Assembly (NCBI GenBank): GCA_963745035.1
Contig: CAVUVW010000021.1
Location: 64,001-128,000, forward strand
DNA length: 64,000 bases
Direction of reading: 5' to 3'
DNA from: an uncultured delta proteobacterium
GTDB taxonomy: Bacteria > Desulfobacterota > Binatia > UBA9968
A program made the translations under genes and the position numbers. Below the pieces are notes generated by a model, which was given only the letters and a program-made list of their open reading frames with translations, was not told where the DNA came from and did not search any database. This document shows, in pieces, positions 62,269-64,000 of the stretch (position 1 is the first letter of the stretch; each line of letters starts with the position of its first letter).

Positions 62269-62718
62269 ATGCGTCTGATTATGTCGGCGCTCTTCTGGAT
62301 GCTCCTCGGGAGTTGGCTGCTTCCCCCTTTCGCTCAGCCCGCCGAGCAAGCCCAGAAAAATGTGCAAGGGAGCTGGACTGCGACAAAGGCGGAACGCGAC
62401 GGCAAAGCTGCCGATGACGTTGTCGGAAATCGGCTTGTCTTCACCGGCAACCGCTTTCAGATCCAGTCCAAGAACGGAAAACAGCTTTACGCGGGTATGT
62501 TCCGTATAAACCCGACCGCGAAGCCGGCGACGATTGATTTCGAGCATACGGAAGGGAACGTCAAAGGGAAGACGTGGAAGGGAATCTACGCTTTGAGCGG
62601 CGACACGCTGAGGATATGCGACAACGCACCGGACCTCGAAAAGGACCGGCCCGCCGCGTTCGAGGCAAAGAGCAAGTCCGGATATGTGCTCATCACATTT
62701 AAGCGCGCCAATCCTTGA
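62269..62718 (+). CDS. TIGR03067-like exported beta-barrel protein
   Basis: Signal peptide, QGSW, KPATID, GIYALSGDTLRIC, RPAAF. Confidence 0.82.
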   Translation: MRLIMSALFWMLLGSWLLPPFAQPAEQAQKNVQGSWTATKAERDGKAADDVVGNRLVFTGNRFQIQSKNGKQLYAGMFRINPTAKPATIDFEHTEGNVKGKTWKGIYALSGDTLRICDNAPDLEKDRPAAFEAKSKSGYVLITFKRANP

Positions 62719-63231
62719 GTCGGATGCTGCTGGCTTCAGTCACGCGAACGGGATCATGTTATGTCTGTTCATACGACCTCCGAAGAGCTCGTTGTGGTAG
62801 AAAAAACAGGGAGCAACGCAGGTTTACACTGGCCACTACGGTGGATACCTCATCGACGTCGATAGGTTCGCTTGGTCGAGCGTACGTTCAGGAGCGATGC
62901 ACCAGGCGCGCGCCGTACTTGCACTCGTTCGTCGCTGCGCCGGCTTTTGCAGGTCAAGATAATCCTCAATCGATGCATTTCGAATTTTTCAGTGCTAGGA
63001 TCGTAGCGGGTGTCGCCCGATAGGTTGGATACGCCGATTGTGATGGCGGGATCCGTTTGCAAAACCTATCGTTGTTAGGGAGCAGGGCGAGAACAGCTCA
63101 TGTTAAAAATATTTCGCGAAAGTGCGCGGCGAACATGGTCCCATGACGCGCTGCGCGATCGTAATTGATGATCGATCGCGCTATCAAGCATCGTCGCTCG
63201 GGCAATCGCGAAACTGAAAGGTAAGCAGAAA

Positions 63232-63774
63232 ATGGAATCGAACGAACAGCAAGGATCGCCTTCACCCATGCTCAGCAAGGAATTCGCCGGGCAAGCTTCC
63301 GAGTATGTGCAGGAGATGCTGAAAGCGGGAGCGCAGCCGCGCGAAATACTCAACCATCTGGCGTCGGCGGCGGAAGTGTTGGCCGGTCCCGGTACCGCCA
63401 CCTCGATCCTCGTGCTCGATCGGGACGGCTTCTTGCGGAACGGCGCTTCGGCCAATCTGCCGCCGGATTATCTAGCCGCCATCGATGGACTCAAACCGGA
63501 CCCCAACGTAGGAACGTGCGCCGCTGCCGCGGCAACGGGTTCGGTGGTAATCACCCCGGATTTCCTCGCCGACGATAAATGGGCGGAGCTGCGCCACCTG
63601 CCTCTCGCACTGGGTTTTATCGGGGCCTGGAGCGTGCCGATCAAGTCTCCGGCAGGGAGAGTGCTGGGCACCTTCGGCACCTACTTCCGCGAGCGGCGTT
63701 ATCCGACGCCGGAGGAGCGCAGAGGAGTGGAGCTTCTCGCCAGCGCGGCCGCACTGATACTTGCCAGCTTCTGA
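63232..63774 (+). CDS. Stand-alone GAF domain protein
   Basis: LPPDY, GTCAAAA, AWSVPI, VLGTFGTY. Confidence 0.85.
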   Translation: MESNEQQGSPSPMLSKEFAGQASEYVQEMLKAGAQPREILNHLASAAEVLAGPGTATSILVLDRDGFLRNGASANLPPDYLAAIDGLKPDPNVGTCAAAAATGSVVITPDFLADDKWAELRHLPLALGFIGAWSVPIKSPAGRVLGTFGTYFRERRYPTPEERRGVELLASAAALILASF

Positions 63775-63930
63775 ACGCAGTCGCGATTGCTCTCATGCGC
63801 TTTCGCCATAGGCATCTTCTGAGCCCGAATTTCCTCCGAGGGAACATATTTCCCCGAGTTAGGCTCCCGGTTTGACATGCCGAAAGCACTTCTGCGAAGA
63901 TCGGCGAAAGTTTTAAAGGAGGGCCGGACA

Positions 63931-64000
63931 ATGGAAAATACGAAAAGCGATCCGATTGTCATCGAGCAACCGGGAATGCGCCTGACCATCGCGCATCGCA
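63931..64000 (+). CDS. Possible start of a CDS truncated by the window edge
   Basis: RBS AGGAGG then ATG GAA AAT ACG... open to the end of the window. Confidence 0.4.
   Translation, partial: MENTKSDPIVIEQPGMRLTIAHR

Overview
Bacterial, GC-rich genomic DNA. The gene content (several SsuA/NMT1-type binding proteins, amidohydrolases, MFS paralogues, DUF4388, sigma54 signalling) suggests a deltaproteobacterial-type lineage, possibly Ca. Binatia; that is an inference. Many genes carry single-base frameshifts that look like long-read assembly errors. Left to right: a tctCBA tripartite transporter and an amidohydrolase (0.2-4.5 kb). Then a ~31 kb region built around a Tad/Flp pilus locus (flp, cpaA, cpaB, cpaC, cpaE, cpaF, tadB, tadC, DUF192, two tadE, tadG, a DsbA-like gene), bracketed by two GT-C-type membrane glycosyltransferase candidates. 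On its left are a histidine kinase, a REC-GGDEF cyclase and an EAL phosphodiesterase. On its right are a sigma54-promoted operon (membrane-anchored coiled-coil protein, coiled coil, DUF4388, HAMP, SBP-LysM), an MshEN-ATPase/sigma54 activator/retropepsin operon and a large SPOR lipoprotein. Five correctly spaced sigma54 -24/-12 motifs were found by eye; one has no ORF behind it and is a candidate sRNA promoter. Then gatCAB, rnhB-yraN-serS, a Ku/HTH-TPR/LigD-polymerase operon with no ligase, three MFS paralogues, a RAYT with six GTAG REPs, a decayed integron-cassette array with attC-like sites and no integrase, a cyclic amidohydrolase, a toxin-antitoxin pair and small genes. No rRNA, tRNA or CRISPR array was seen.
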